Shown: positions 19,545-36,356 of the stretch, piece after piece
Layout: each line of letters starts with the position of its first letter
Numbering within the stretch: position 1 is the stretch's first letter
NCBI RefSeq assembly: GCF_009914755.1
Contig: NC_060938.1
DNA length: 64,000 nucleotides
Strand: one strand, 5' to 3'
Source: the human T2T-CHM13v2.0 reference genome, Homo sapiens
Notes under the pieces: model-generated
Seen by the model: the letters and a program-made list of their open reading frames with translations, nothing else
What the model was told of the DNA's origin: nothing
Databases searched by the model: none
Position numbers and translations under genes: made by a program

Positions 19545-19632
19545 CTGCAAAAAGTGAGACCATTAGAGACCTTTGACAATCAGAGTCTGACGGTTAAACC
19601 CCAGCTGAACAGCCAGCCCCCAAAGGGCTCAC

Positions 19633-19751
19633 CACGTCCGAGTCTTCCATCCAGTTGACGCTGTACCAGTCCCCCAGGTACGTGGACCTCTTCTCATCAT
19701 AGTAACAGGCGTAGGACGACTCTCTGGGGTTGGCAGCAGTAGTTGCATAAA
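19633..19751 (-). CDS. LGMN: LGMN exon 9 (119 nt)
   Basis: (V)[39 protein letters not shown]; tag| and |gtgag. Confidence 0.98.
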
Positions 19752-20600
19752 CTACGAGGAATTAAAGATGATCTTTTAGTTGCATTTTATTCCTGCCTTG
19801 GATTACGCTTGAAGCTTGAGTCCTTCTTTCTCCCCCGGTGAAATCGAAGCATGCTACTTATGATCCACACAGGAGGGCAGGGACACGTAACTATACCCAG
19901 ACTTGTGTATTCGATTACAATAACTCATCTAAAATTAAATGCGGAAGAAAGAGGAGCCAGCTGGTGGATGTTTTTTGCAGCAATTGGCAAATTGGCATGC
20001 TTAGGACATCATGCTATTCTGGAAGAATGCTGACATTTCCACAGCACAGGAAACTTGAACAATATGGGCTTACTTTGGTTTCCAGAGAGATCTGACATTT
20101 ATTGAAGAAACATCTAGATTAACTGAACCTATACAAAAGCTACCACTTACTATCTCTCTACCATGGGCTTAGAATTGTGCTGGACAAATGCTAGTGTTTA
20201 AAATACAAGTCTCCCAACAGACACACACTATCTTTATCCCCATTTTACAGATGGGGATAACTGAGGGTCAAAGAGAGTCAGTCACCTGCTTTGAGGTCAG
20301 AGTGCAACCAACACATTGCAAAGGATGGAGGCTAGTCCAAAGCCCATGTAGTTTTAGCTTCAGTAGTTTTACGAGAACCTGGAAGAGCACTGTGAGGCTC
20401 ACATACAGATTCTTTATTCCCTGACTACCAGTGCTTCAGAAGCAGAGGAAGCCCAGAGCTACCTGCAAGTATCTCCCCACTTCTATGGCCCAGGCTGCCC
20501 TCAGCAGCCCCTGCTTACGGAGAATGCTCAGTTCCATGTCAGCGGTGTCTGAGCAACCTGCTTGCCAGCCCAGGTCGAGGCCGGCGCCCCAACCACCTAC

Positions 20601-20667
20601 CATTGATGTTATCCGGCAGGTGGTTCATCATGGACCCAGACTCACAGGCTTCAATGTAGAACACCAT
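20601..20667 (-). CDS. LGMN: LGMN exon 8 (67 nt, catalytic Cys189)
   Basis: [22 protein letters not shown] with the EACESG motif; cag| and |gtagg. Confidence 0.98.
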
Positions 20668-21618
20668 CTGTGAGGCAGACGGGGCAGGTGAGCTCACCCC
20701 ATCCAGGTACGGGCCTCCAGCCATGCTACTGGAGCTCTGCCCACTCTCTCTACCCATTCCTAACAAGTCCTCCAGGCTTGCTTCTGGAGACATTACTGCT
20801 GTAAAGAGGCTGCTGCCAGAAGCTATGGAAGCTGCTGCCACACAAATTTATTCATTGCTAATGGAATAAAATCGTCTAGTAGCTGAAATAATGCAGAGAA
20901 AACGGAGCCATGGGATGCTAAGGAAAACGGTTCCACCATCCAGTGCAGGGAGGAGTTTCAAAGACCATACAGTGCAGCAGGCCATCTTTCTGCGTTACTG
21001 TCACGTATCACCCAACCCATGCAGGTTTTTTTTTGTTTTGTTTTTTTGTTTTTTTAGTAGAGACACGGTCTCACTATGTTGCCCAGGCTGGTCTTAAACT
21101 CCTGGCCTCAAGTGATCTTCCCGCCTCAGCCTCCTAAAGTGCTGGGACTACAGGAGTGAGCCACCACACCCAGCCAAAAACTCTGGCCCTGCACAGTTTC
21201 CATAAAGGGTGCTATAGGGGTGAGAAAGGCTCAAAGTGAGAATAAGATAGTGGTATTTTCCTCCCCAGCTGCCCGAAATTGAGGACAGTCCTAGGAATAG
21301 GAGTCTGCAAAGTGTGGGCCGAAGACCAGCAGCAGCAGGATCACATGGAAACCCAAGGCAAATTCTCAGGCCCCCTCCGCAGACCTACTGGGTCAAACTC
21401 TGGGGGCGAGGCCCACACTGTTTTAACAAGCTCTCCATGATTCCAGTCTAATAGCTAAAGCCGAAAGCCTCATCCTGGGAAACCAGGGATTGGAAGGATC
21501 CCCTTTCTAGAAAACACAGCACCCACAGTTGGAGGACGGTCACGGGACTGTGGGCTCTGCACTCACGGCTTTCCTCACACCCCCCGCCCCCACAAGGCTG
21601 CCCCAAGGGCTGAATTAC

Positions 21619-21681
21619 CTTTCGGTACATTTTGTGTTTGTACATGTAATGGATGGTCTCATTCAGGTCCTTTACATGAAG
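21619..21681 (-). CDS. LGMN: LGMN exon 7 (63 nt)
   Basis: [21 protein letters not shown]; cag| and |gtaat. Confidence 0.98.
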
Positions 21682-22171
21682 CTGAAAGGTGAGAATATTG
21701 TCAGACCAACACATCAAGAGAAACTATTTGCTGGATAAGCCACTAGTAAAGTTCTGATGATCCTTCATAAACTCTTTTCTACCAATCCCTAGAAGTAATC
21801 ATGGTGAAGAACATAACCCCAGAATGTCGTCACATGTTTTATGCACGCATTTAAAAAGGGCAAGAGGATGTACCTCTTCACCCATTACTTTGTCCGGAGC
21901 TTTTGGTCTATTCTCAGGTCTAGTGTGATACACCCACATCCTGAGACAGCTACCGACGCTGCGACATGAACAGAAAAGCAGGGAAAACTGTCTGGAAGAG
22001 ATGTCCTTGGATAGATTTCAAGCTGCTAAACCTGTCCCCCACTCCCACCCACCACACGTACAAACCAACCCTGGCAGGACACTAGAAAATACACGCTATG
22101 GGTTTAATCTCGACACCTAGGCTTGCTTTTCTGTTCTGCTAGTTTGTCCTTAAAACGTTAAGAAAACTCAC

Positions 22172-22247
22172 ATCTTCATTGGGAAAAACCAGTATTCCAG
22201 TAGATCCATGGTCAGTGAAGTAAATGAACACGTGATCCTGGGGGCCA
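22172..22247 (-). CDS. LGMN: LGMN exon 6 (76 nt, catalytic His148)
   Basis: [25 protein letters not shown] with the clan CD D-H-G motif; cag| and |gtgag. Confidence 0.98.
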
Positions 22248-22790
22248 CTGCCAAGAAGGAATCGGGGGTCAATCATTTCCTTTTTCTGTTTTTACTTCTA
22301 TTTCTCTGAAAAGCTGCCCTAATCAAAAAATTAAGAAGTTTGGGGAGTAGAGTTGCCCAACCAGGTTTGAAGATGAACACAAGGGCCCGGTGCCCGGTGT
22401 CTGGCCTGTCCCCTCCACTCCCCTTGGTGTGATTCTGAACCACAGTATAGATCCTAGAGCCTCCAAATTCTGAACTACGGCTGGAAAGGAGGAGGGGCCT
22501 TTCCTGGGCAACCCATCAGACAGACCTGGTGTGAGGTGGATAGTGGGGTCCTTTGGCAATTGGGCCTCATCCCAGGCAGCCACACTCTCCAACCAGATCT
22601 CCCCAAAATGACCTCAACACAGGCCTGCAGCCTCCCCCCCTCCAGGCCTCCTGTGGCCCACAGTCTGGATGCCCACCTACCTGCCTCACCAGGGCTTCCA
22701 CCAGATGGCGCTGCTTCAAAGTGGCAGAGATGTAGTAACTTACATGAAGCCAATTTGGTTCACCCTCACAGATGTCCATCTCCATACTAA

Positions 22791-23360
<570 letters not shown>

Positions 23361-23931
23361 TTAAAAGAAATATGCTACTAGAATCTCTGGCATCACATAA
23401 AAATGCCACATGAGCAATTACTAAACAACAAGACATCTCTAGCCCACAGCCAGTGGGGGTAAGCACTGGGGTTCGTGTTCCCCAATATGAAAGTCCACTT
23501 CCTCCAATATGAAGGGACTTACGAATGTGCCTCTCCCCGCTGGGCTGATCTGTGATCAGAGCACAGGGCTGGTGGCCCTGCAATCTGGGCACAGGGATTC
23601 AGATTCACACCTGCCTCAGGGGCTCCGCTGGCAGTGGGACATCCCTGTGCTATGATCCCCAGACAAGGAACGAGGAGTTTAAGTGATAGGAACATTTTAT
23701 TAATAATGAGGGGCCCTGGATCATAAGGTGAATTCAGTGCAGAAATGGGCCACCAAGAGAAGCCACTGAAACAACAGCCCTAAGCACCTGTCCTAAGTCA
23801 GAACAAAACTCTCCACTCTGTAATTTCTCACAGGTAAACAGGCTAGGGGCACAGAACAACACCTGTTTCAATTCTCTATACGGGGGTCCCAAGCCATTGA
23901 GAGAAGTGTAGTATCCGTAAACAGACATTAC

Positions 23932-24017
23932 CTCTTCAGGACTTTGCCGGATCCTATGCCCTTCACTGCTTCTGCATCGCCTCTCAACACAGCAAGGAAA
24001 TTTTGTGGGGTAACATC
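23932..24017 (-). CDS. LGMN: LGMN exon 5 (86 nt, RGD motif)
   Basis: [28 protein letters not shown]; acceptor tag|, donor |gtaat. Confidence 0.98.
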
Positions 24018-24124
24018 CTACAAAGAATTAGGAGCCACAATCAGATGCAGCTGTCGCTCCAACCCAGAGAGTTGGCTGAGTCTGCAACCGACCCATGCCA
24101 CCAGCCTGCACATTCCAAGGCTCA

Positions 24125-24457
<333 letters not shown>

Positions 24458-25175
24458 TCATTAAATACGGTCATCTTTTTTACCTGTATGATATGTTAAA
24501 TTTAATTGTATTTGACTTTAAAAGAAAAATAAAATAAAATGAAACAAAGAATTGTTAAACATCAGATAAAAGTTTCTTATCAAAAGGATAATTAATTCCT
24601 AAAAGATCCGATATTTAAAACAGACTATGAAAACCAGGTGAATGAAGGCATCACGGTCGATTTTAAAAATGTGTCAATTGAGACAGTCTCAATCAACTAG
24701 GAGGAACAGAAAAGTTTTTGGAAGTAATATACTATTATAGCTATAATACACTATATAATAAACTATATAACAATAATAAATGAAAAACTATCTCAGCAAA
24801 AATCCTGAGATACTTTGCACCAAGCCTGGTACTGAGAAAACTGATTTTTATAAAAGAGCACAGGTAATCTATGATCAGATTAATGGTGATATCTCAAGAA
24901 AGGTTAATATGGATGAAACTACATGGTCAGGCCTAAAGTATGAGAAGACTGGGAACTATCAGTGGATTGCAACTTATTCTAAACATTCTCTTTTCCTCTG
25001 CTTTCTTTCAAAACTCTCATAATTTACTCCTCAGGCAAAAATCCTAATACGAATGTGAAACACCGACCAGAAGCCAGTCTAGGGAGATTCTGATTCTAGA
25101 AACAGAAGAAAGAGGGAAAAATCATCACTAAAATGAAAACTAAACCAGCTGGCTCCAACCGTAGAAGCCACTCAC

Positions 25176-25257
25176 CTCTCCAGTGTAGTCCTTCGGGACT
25201 CCCTGATAGACATCTGTGCCATTGGGCCTGTTGATCACAATTCCTGGAGTGGGATTG
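25176..25257 (-). CDS. LGMN: LGMN exon 4 (82 nt)
   Basis: [27 protein letters not shown] (N91 sequon); AG/GT boundaries, phases match neighbouring exons. Confidence 0.98.
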
Positions 25258-26080
25258 CTGAAAATTAAAGGACACAATTTAAACGAGATGTGGCATGCCT
25301 CCGAAATCTCTCTCTTCAAACACATGTATGTTATGCGAAAAAATAGTAAACGTCTATGTTGGTCAAAGAAACAACTTATGGCCTGCAGGGTGGCCAACGT
25401 GTGAGTGGTTTGAGCAGCTTGGGGATCTCAGCAGTCCCACAGCCCAAGAGCTCTTGGCAGAGGCAGTGAGGAGCTGAGCCCGAAAAGCCTCGGGCAGGGA
25501 CCAAAGCATAGGTGCGCCTGGCTGCCTGCTGGAAACCAGAGAGCATCGTGAGGGCAAGGTCTCATCAAAAGCTCTCTCAGAGTGAAACTACTTTCAGAAA
25601 GAGACAGGACAGAGAACAAGACTTTAATACAAGAGCTTAGGCGTTAAAGCGTCAGAGTGGGTGATGTATGAGCTGAGAATGTGACCACAGTAAGGGTAGC
25701 GTCCTTCACCGCAGCAGGGTGACCACGGAGCTAGGAGGTTAGAACTCGCTGAGTTTATGCCCATACTTGCTGCCTCTGATCTCTGCAAGAAATCAGATAA
25801 GCAGGCACAAGGGAACTATTTGTGAAGTTAAACTCAGCAAGTAATAAAATAAGTATAGAAAGAAGGTAGTAGGAGTATCTAACCTACAAACAAAAACATT
25901 CTACGTGCAGGTCCCCTGTGCTGCAGCCTGCTCGGAGCTTAGGAGCAAGCACCATAGAATCCAACAAGTCCTCGAAGGTGAGGAGGAACTCGGCTTTAGA
26001 CCCTTTCAAAGCAGCGACCAGCACCCACTTCCTATGTCTTTGCCATTCCCAGGGCACACCCAAGTTATGGTCGAAGCTCA

Positions 26081-26365
<285 letters not shown>

Positions 26366-26542
26366 TCAAATAAATAATAATAAAAAAAAAAAAGCTCAAC
26401 ATGAGGTATCCCTGTGATCTTCTGTCTGGGAGTCTCTTATATATTTTAACATTAGGCCACTAGGATTCCTGTGAGTCTATGTGACCTTTTTTTAAATACC
26501 CTGAAGTCCTTCCCCACCAAGTTCCAAGTGTTCCCCACTTAC

Positions 26543-26640
26543 TCTTCAGAGTAAGCAATGTCATCGTACATCATCACAACGATCTGTTCGTCAGGAATCC
26601 CATTGCGGTGAATGATCTGGTAGGCATGGCACGCGTCTGC
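26543..26640 (-). CDS. LGMN: LGMN exon 3 (98 nt)
   Basis: [32 protein letters not shown]; acceptor tttctcccag|, donor |gtaag. Confidence 0.98.
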
Positions 26641-26912
26641 CTGGGAGAAATGATTTGGTGAAGTTTTAGATCTTGCCTGGGAGGCCAATTTTGGAGTTCT
26701 AAGGAGTGATGTGTTCTGTCTCCTGGAAGACTTACTGTGAATCATCCCGTCGGTCAGGCATTTAAATTATTATTTTAAAACACATACATTGATATTTTTT
26801 ATCTCAATTTAAAAAGATCTCCCATCCATCCAAAGTATTATTCAGCAGGAAACTAGTGCACACGTGGGCTACGTACACATTGCACATGTGAGCACACGTG
26901 CACATACACACC

Positions 26913-27046
26913 CCACCACCACAACCACCGCCACCGCCACCACCACCGCCACCGCCACCACCACCACCACCACCACCACCATCACCACCACCGCCACCAA
27001 CACCACCACCGCCACCAACACCACCACCGCCACCGCCACCGCCACC

Positions 27047-27079
<33 letters not shown>

Positions 27080-27088
27080 GCCGCCACC

Positions 27089-27121
<33 letters not shown>

Positions 27122-27198
27122 ACCAACACCACCACCACCACCAACACCGCCACCAACACCGCCACCAACACCGCCACCACTACCACCACTGCCACCAC
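26913..27198. repeat. Compound trinucleotide repeat (ACC/GCC/AAC)n, ~95 triplets
   Basis: Continuous in-phase CCA/CCG/ACA triplets; reads poly-Pro and poly-Thr/Ala on +, poly-Val/Ala on -. Confidence 0.97.
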
Positions 27199-28132
27199 AT
27201 ATATAGGTAAGAAGGACCTCTGAAAGTCCTAAGTAACTTGTTTTTATTTTTCAGACTATATAATAGTCTCTGGAAAGCATAGATTTTAGTCTCAAAAACA
27301 GAATGACTCAGAATGATCAACAGAGCTAGTTCTATTTCCCACAGGATTCTTCTGATCCAAGTACTTTGTCTGCCAAAGACACTGTTTAGAGAACTGACTG
27401 AACACTCAAAAGTCCAACTCAGGAATTGAGAAATTGCTCTTAAGTTTTAAAAAATAACAAGAATACAAAGGAAGACAACATTATAAATAAGAGAAAAATG
27501 TTCCTAATGCAACTCCCTGTCCACGCAAGGGTGAAGACAGGCTTGCGTCCTTATCTCAGGTGAAACATACTACCACTTCATGCCTTGCAAATCATCTGAA
27601 GACAGAAAGGAAAAATGTTGCCTGTCTGCTTACATTTAATTTTGTCATTCCTAGAACAAAGACATAAGTAAGCATAAGGAGAGGCGTGTGCCCAGCGATT
27701 TGTCTCCCCAAGGAAGACAGCCTGAGCAACTGGGTGTACACACAGTGCACTCTAAACAACACTGAGCACAGCAATAAAACTAAAGCTCATAAAACATGCA
27801 GACTGGCACTTTGCCTGTGGATGTCCCAAACAAATGGACTTATTTTATGACAAAGATGGGTGCTTGGTATACAGCTTTTGAAGGCTGAATGGGTGAGGTC
27901 CAGGGCCTGGCACTCAAGAGCGATTAGATGAATGGATGACTCAATAAATAGGAAAACATTTTTATTGACTTGCTTCTATTTGTCCAGCACTGTGCTAAGA
28001 CTTTGTAGGCCTTATCTCGTTTAATTCTCACAGCAACCCTTCATGATAAAGGTAATGATCCCCATTTTATTATGGATAAGGAAAACGCAGCCTTTGGAGG
28101 TGAGGTGACCTGCCCAAGTCACACAGAGTTCA

Positions 28133-29309
<1,177 letters not shown>

Positions 29310-30372
29310 GCTATGATGGAAGTATAGTGTAATTGGCACTCCACTCTGGAAAACATCTTGACATTATCAATGAGGTTGAACCACACACCCTCCAACCAAG
29401 CAATTCTACTCCTAGCCATATAGCCTAGCAAAACTCTATCTCCCACAGATAACCAGAAAGTGTTCACAGCATCACTTTAACAGCAAAAGCCAAGAAATAA
29501 CTCCAATCATAGTCAACAGCTGGAAAAATAAATTGTCATAAGTTCACATAAATGGAATACCTGAAAATGAACGAACTACAACCCACTACTCAGGTGATGG
29601 GTACCCAAGAAGTGCAAACCCCACCACTATGCAATGTATCTATGTACCCCCTGAATCTATAAAAACTTTTAAAAATACGCAAACAAGTACAACCCGGGTT
29701 TCAAAATAGATGACTCTTGGGAACATAGTGAAAAAAAGAACAAGTCATAGAAAAATACCTTCACTATGATTACATTTGCATAAAGGTCAAAACAGGCAAA
29801 TGTAAACATTATGCTGTTCACAGTTAAATAGACATACAGCAAAACTATAAAGCAAAGGAATGAATGACAAAAAATTCAGGAGCTTGGTCTCTGAAGGGAA
29901 GGGAAGGAGAGTCCATCAGACAGGGGACAAGGTACTAGTATAATTTTTTTTTTTTTAGCAAGGTGCAAGGTACACAGGTATTCATTTTATTATTCTTTAA
30001 GGTGTACACATGTTATACAGACATTATTTGTCTGCCATTTAATTTAAAAATGAAGTCAGGCCAGGCGCAGTGGCTCACACCTGTAATTCTAGCACTTTGG
30101 GAGGCCAGGGATCCCAGCACTTTGGGATCACTTGAGGTCAGGAGTTCGAGACCAGGCTGGCCAATATGGTAAAACCCCATCTCTACTAAAAATACAAAGA
30201 AATTAGCCAGGCATGGTGGTGCATGCCTGTAATCCCAGCTACTCGGGAGGCTGAGGCAGGAGAAATCACTTGAACCCGGGAGGCAGAGGTTGCAGTGAGC
30301 CGAGATTACACCACTGCACTCCAGCCTGGGCGACAGAGCAAGACTCTGTCTCAAAACAAAAACAAAAACAAA

Positions 30373-31955
<1,583 letters not shown>

Positions 31956-33040
31956 TATATTTTCTGCAGGGGCAGGTTCAGAGTGCCTTGTGTTGTTACT
32001 CCTGCACTGTTTGGGACCCCCAGCACCCTTGAGAGGTAAATGCTTTCATCCCCATCTTACAGACAGGGACTAGCTCAGGAAGGGCCATGGCTGACCCCAA
32101 CTGTGCCTTATGCCCCATCTTCCACACTCACTGCCTCCTCATCAGGCTGTGACTCTCTTCTGGGCCTTGGAGGCACTTGGTTGCCTCTACCTTTGTTAAC
32201 TCAGCGGGGTTCTTCCATTAAGTCAAATATTTACTAGCACTCAAAAGAGATACAAGTGGGGTTCAACTCAAACAATGTGAAAATGGTGTTACTGACTACT
32301 TGTATTACTTCCCCTAAATCCGTGTGACCTATACTGTATTTTCCCCGCATAAGCCCAGAAAAGTCATATGAGGTCATATTCGAGAGGAGGGTATTGAGCA
32401 AGACTTCTAAGAGGCGCAGAGCCCTCCGGAATGACGAACAGAGATTGTGACTTGGCTGGTTTGATAGCTTGTGCTGGGAGTTCCGCTGGTCTTCCTAATG
32501 CCTCCCGTGATTTGCCGATAGGGCAACTGTCCCTACTCTGTCTGCTTGTACTGCCTCCAGCTTGGCCAGCTGTCAGCTAAACAAAGACAAGTCGAACAAG
32601 GTCTAAATACATTGGCGTGCCCCATGTCACAGTTGCTGTAAAGGGTCCGCTCTCCAGCCAGCCCTGCTCACCTGCCAAGTATACATATATGATCACTTCC
32701 CGACACACAGCTGAGCAGTGCTGAGGTGAGGCATCAGGCTGGGGTTTTGCAGTGTGCCTCGCTGAGCCCACTGCCAACCCCAGAGAAAGAATCTGACAAT
32801 GTAGTTTGTTCAAACTTACACAGCACATAACTGGAGAGAAGGAATGACACCTGAGGTCTGAGCAAATCCAGAGCCATGGTCTTTCCAAGGTCCGGTGCTG
32901 CCTCTGGCATTTACAAGGACGGCCCTGCTGCAAGAATGGGCCCAAGCCCATATCCCACATGCTTGGCATTCCCTTGCACAGTCCCCTCTGTCCTCCCTCC
33001 TAATCTCTTCCCACCATGCCCTCTTTAAAAGCAGATTTCA

Positions 33041-34022
<982 letters not shown>

Positions 34023-35009
34023 TTAAATAAGTAAACAAATAGCTTGTGAGAAACAGACTGTGAGTCACCACCACCTCCTTCCTGCACTCCCTGGCCACTC
34101 CCTCTCGCCTCCGTCACTGCAGTCTGCCCAGCCTGTCTTTGGCCCCGCCAGCCTCGATTTTTGCCCCTTGGCCCACAAAACCTCAAATATCTACTATCTG
34201 GCCCTTTATAGAAAAAAACTCTGCAGGCCCCAGTCTTGAGCCAGACAGCAATGGTGAGGCTCTGAGTGTGTGGGGGTGGGGAAGGGGCTTGCCAGGAGCA
34301 CACAGAGTGAGGAGCTCCCTGTTCTTGTCATTGGTGACATGGCGCCTGTCCAACCCTTTATCTACTTCTGAGTGGAGAGGTTCTGTCAAAGGGAAAGAAA
34401 GGGAGAGTTGCTGACTGGGCCTTCTCCTCCTAACACGCCTCACCATGCCCTCACCCTACCTTGCCGGTCTCCTTCTCCCTCGCTTCCTCCTCCCCATCTA
34501 CCTGGGCCATGCACTGTCCTTGCATGCCCTGTGGCCACCTTCCTTTCCACCAGGGCCCTGGCTTTGCTCAGATGACCTACCCAGCTCCAAGTGGTCACAA
34601 GTGGTCAGGAGCTTCCCTGAGTGTGAACTGGAAATCCATTTCCCCTCACCAGGAACTGACTGACTTGAACATGAGCACGTGATGCAATTCTGGCCAGGAA
34701 GACTCGGGACAAAGTCCACCCATGGCTCCAAGAAAAGATGTGCATCTGATAAAGAGCAAGCCAAACAGACAAGACACATAGATGCCCTCTTTTTCTTCTT
34801 TGAGATTTTGTTTGGATGTGACACCTGGAGCTGCTGCAGCCATTTCGTGACTATGAGGAGAGTGTATTTGAGGACAGTTCGTCACAACTATGATGACAGA
34901 GTAGCAAGATGAAAAGAGGCTGGGCACAGTGGCTCACGCCTGTAATCGCAGCACTTTGGGAGGCTGAGGTGGGCAGATCACTTGAAGCCAGGAGTTCAAG
35001 ACCAGCCTA

Positions 35010-35195
<186 letters not shown>

Positions 35196-35788
35196 TCACA
35201 AAAAAAAAAAAAAAAAAAAAAAGGACCTGGGTTTGAGATAAAGAGGCTAAACTGCTTAATTAGCCAACCCTGGAGTCTCCACACTCTTTCAAACCACCAG
35301 GGAGGGCTCTGGTACATGCACTTGAAGGCACCCGATGTGCTGGCCACGCCCCTCACTGTGATTTTATATTCCCACTGCCAGCTGATGCTCTTCCCTCCAC
35401 GCGGAAAGAGCTTCTGTGGAAATCCCGTCATCCTTCAAACCCACGTCAAGCCTCTCCTCCAAGAAGCTGCATTCCCATCCCTCTCCTGATGGACCTCATC
35501 TACTTCTGGACCCAAACCCGGCAACTGGAGCTGCTGTAGAGACTGCTCTTTCTCAGCCTCGAGTTCAGGTATTTGTACACCTACCCTAAAAGGCTGGGGG
35601 CTCCTGATCAGAGGGCCCTGACTCCCCATTCTCCACAATCCTCCCCTACACCCCTTGCAAACCATGGGCCTCAAGTGAAAAACATTAAACTAAACAGACC
35701 AATACATCAAGTCTGTTTTAATGCTCAGAAAAATTCTGCCGTGTTTGCCATTTTCAGAATGCAATGCCAGCAACACTGAGTCTATGTA

Positions 35789-36356
35789 GCAGTTGTGATT
35801 GCTTAAAGACAAGGATGCATTCTGAGAGATGCTTCACGAGGTGATTTTGTCGTTTTGTGAGTATCATAGAATGTATTTACACAACCCTAGATGGTCTAGC
35901 CCAGCGGTCCACGACCTTTTTGGCACCAGGGACTGGTTTTGTGGAAGACAATTTTTCCACACACAGGGGTGAGGGGCAATGGTTTCGGGATGAAACTGTT
36001 CCAGCTTAGATCACTAGGCATTAGTTAGATTCTCACAAGGAGTGCGCAGCCTGGATTCCTCATATACGCAGATCACGATAGGGTTCACGCTCCTATTAGA
36101 ATTGGCATCGGTGACCTGACAGGAGGTGGAGCTAAGGTGATAATGTTTGTTATAACGCTCAGATGGTAATCCTAGGCCATCCACCTGTACTGCACGTTAC
36201 TGTCATGAATACTGCAGACAAATGGAACACAATGGCAAGTATTTGTGTATCTAAACATAGGAAAAGTACAGTAAAAATATGCTACTATACTTTACAGGAC
36301 CACTTGTCGTGTATGCGGTCCATCACTGAACAAACTTGTTATACGGCGCATGACTA
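35789..36356 (-). mobile_element. Tigger3a-like element with a nested MER1B-like insertion (~35902-36140)
   Basis: Tigger3 end ttatacggcgcatgact; MER1 start cagcggtccacgacctttttggcaccagggactgg. Confidence 0.72.

Noticed and set aside
26864-27223. Poly-Pro, poly-Thr/Ala and poly-Val ORFs (formin- or mucin-like appearance)
   Set aside because: Products of the triplet repeat, with non-ATG starts and no domain context; not called as CDS
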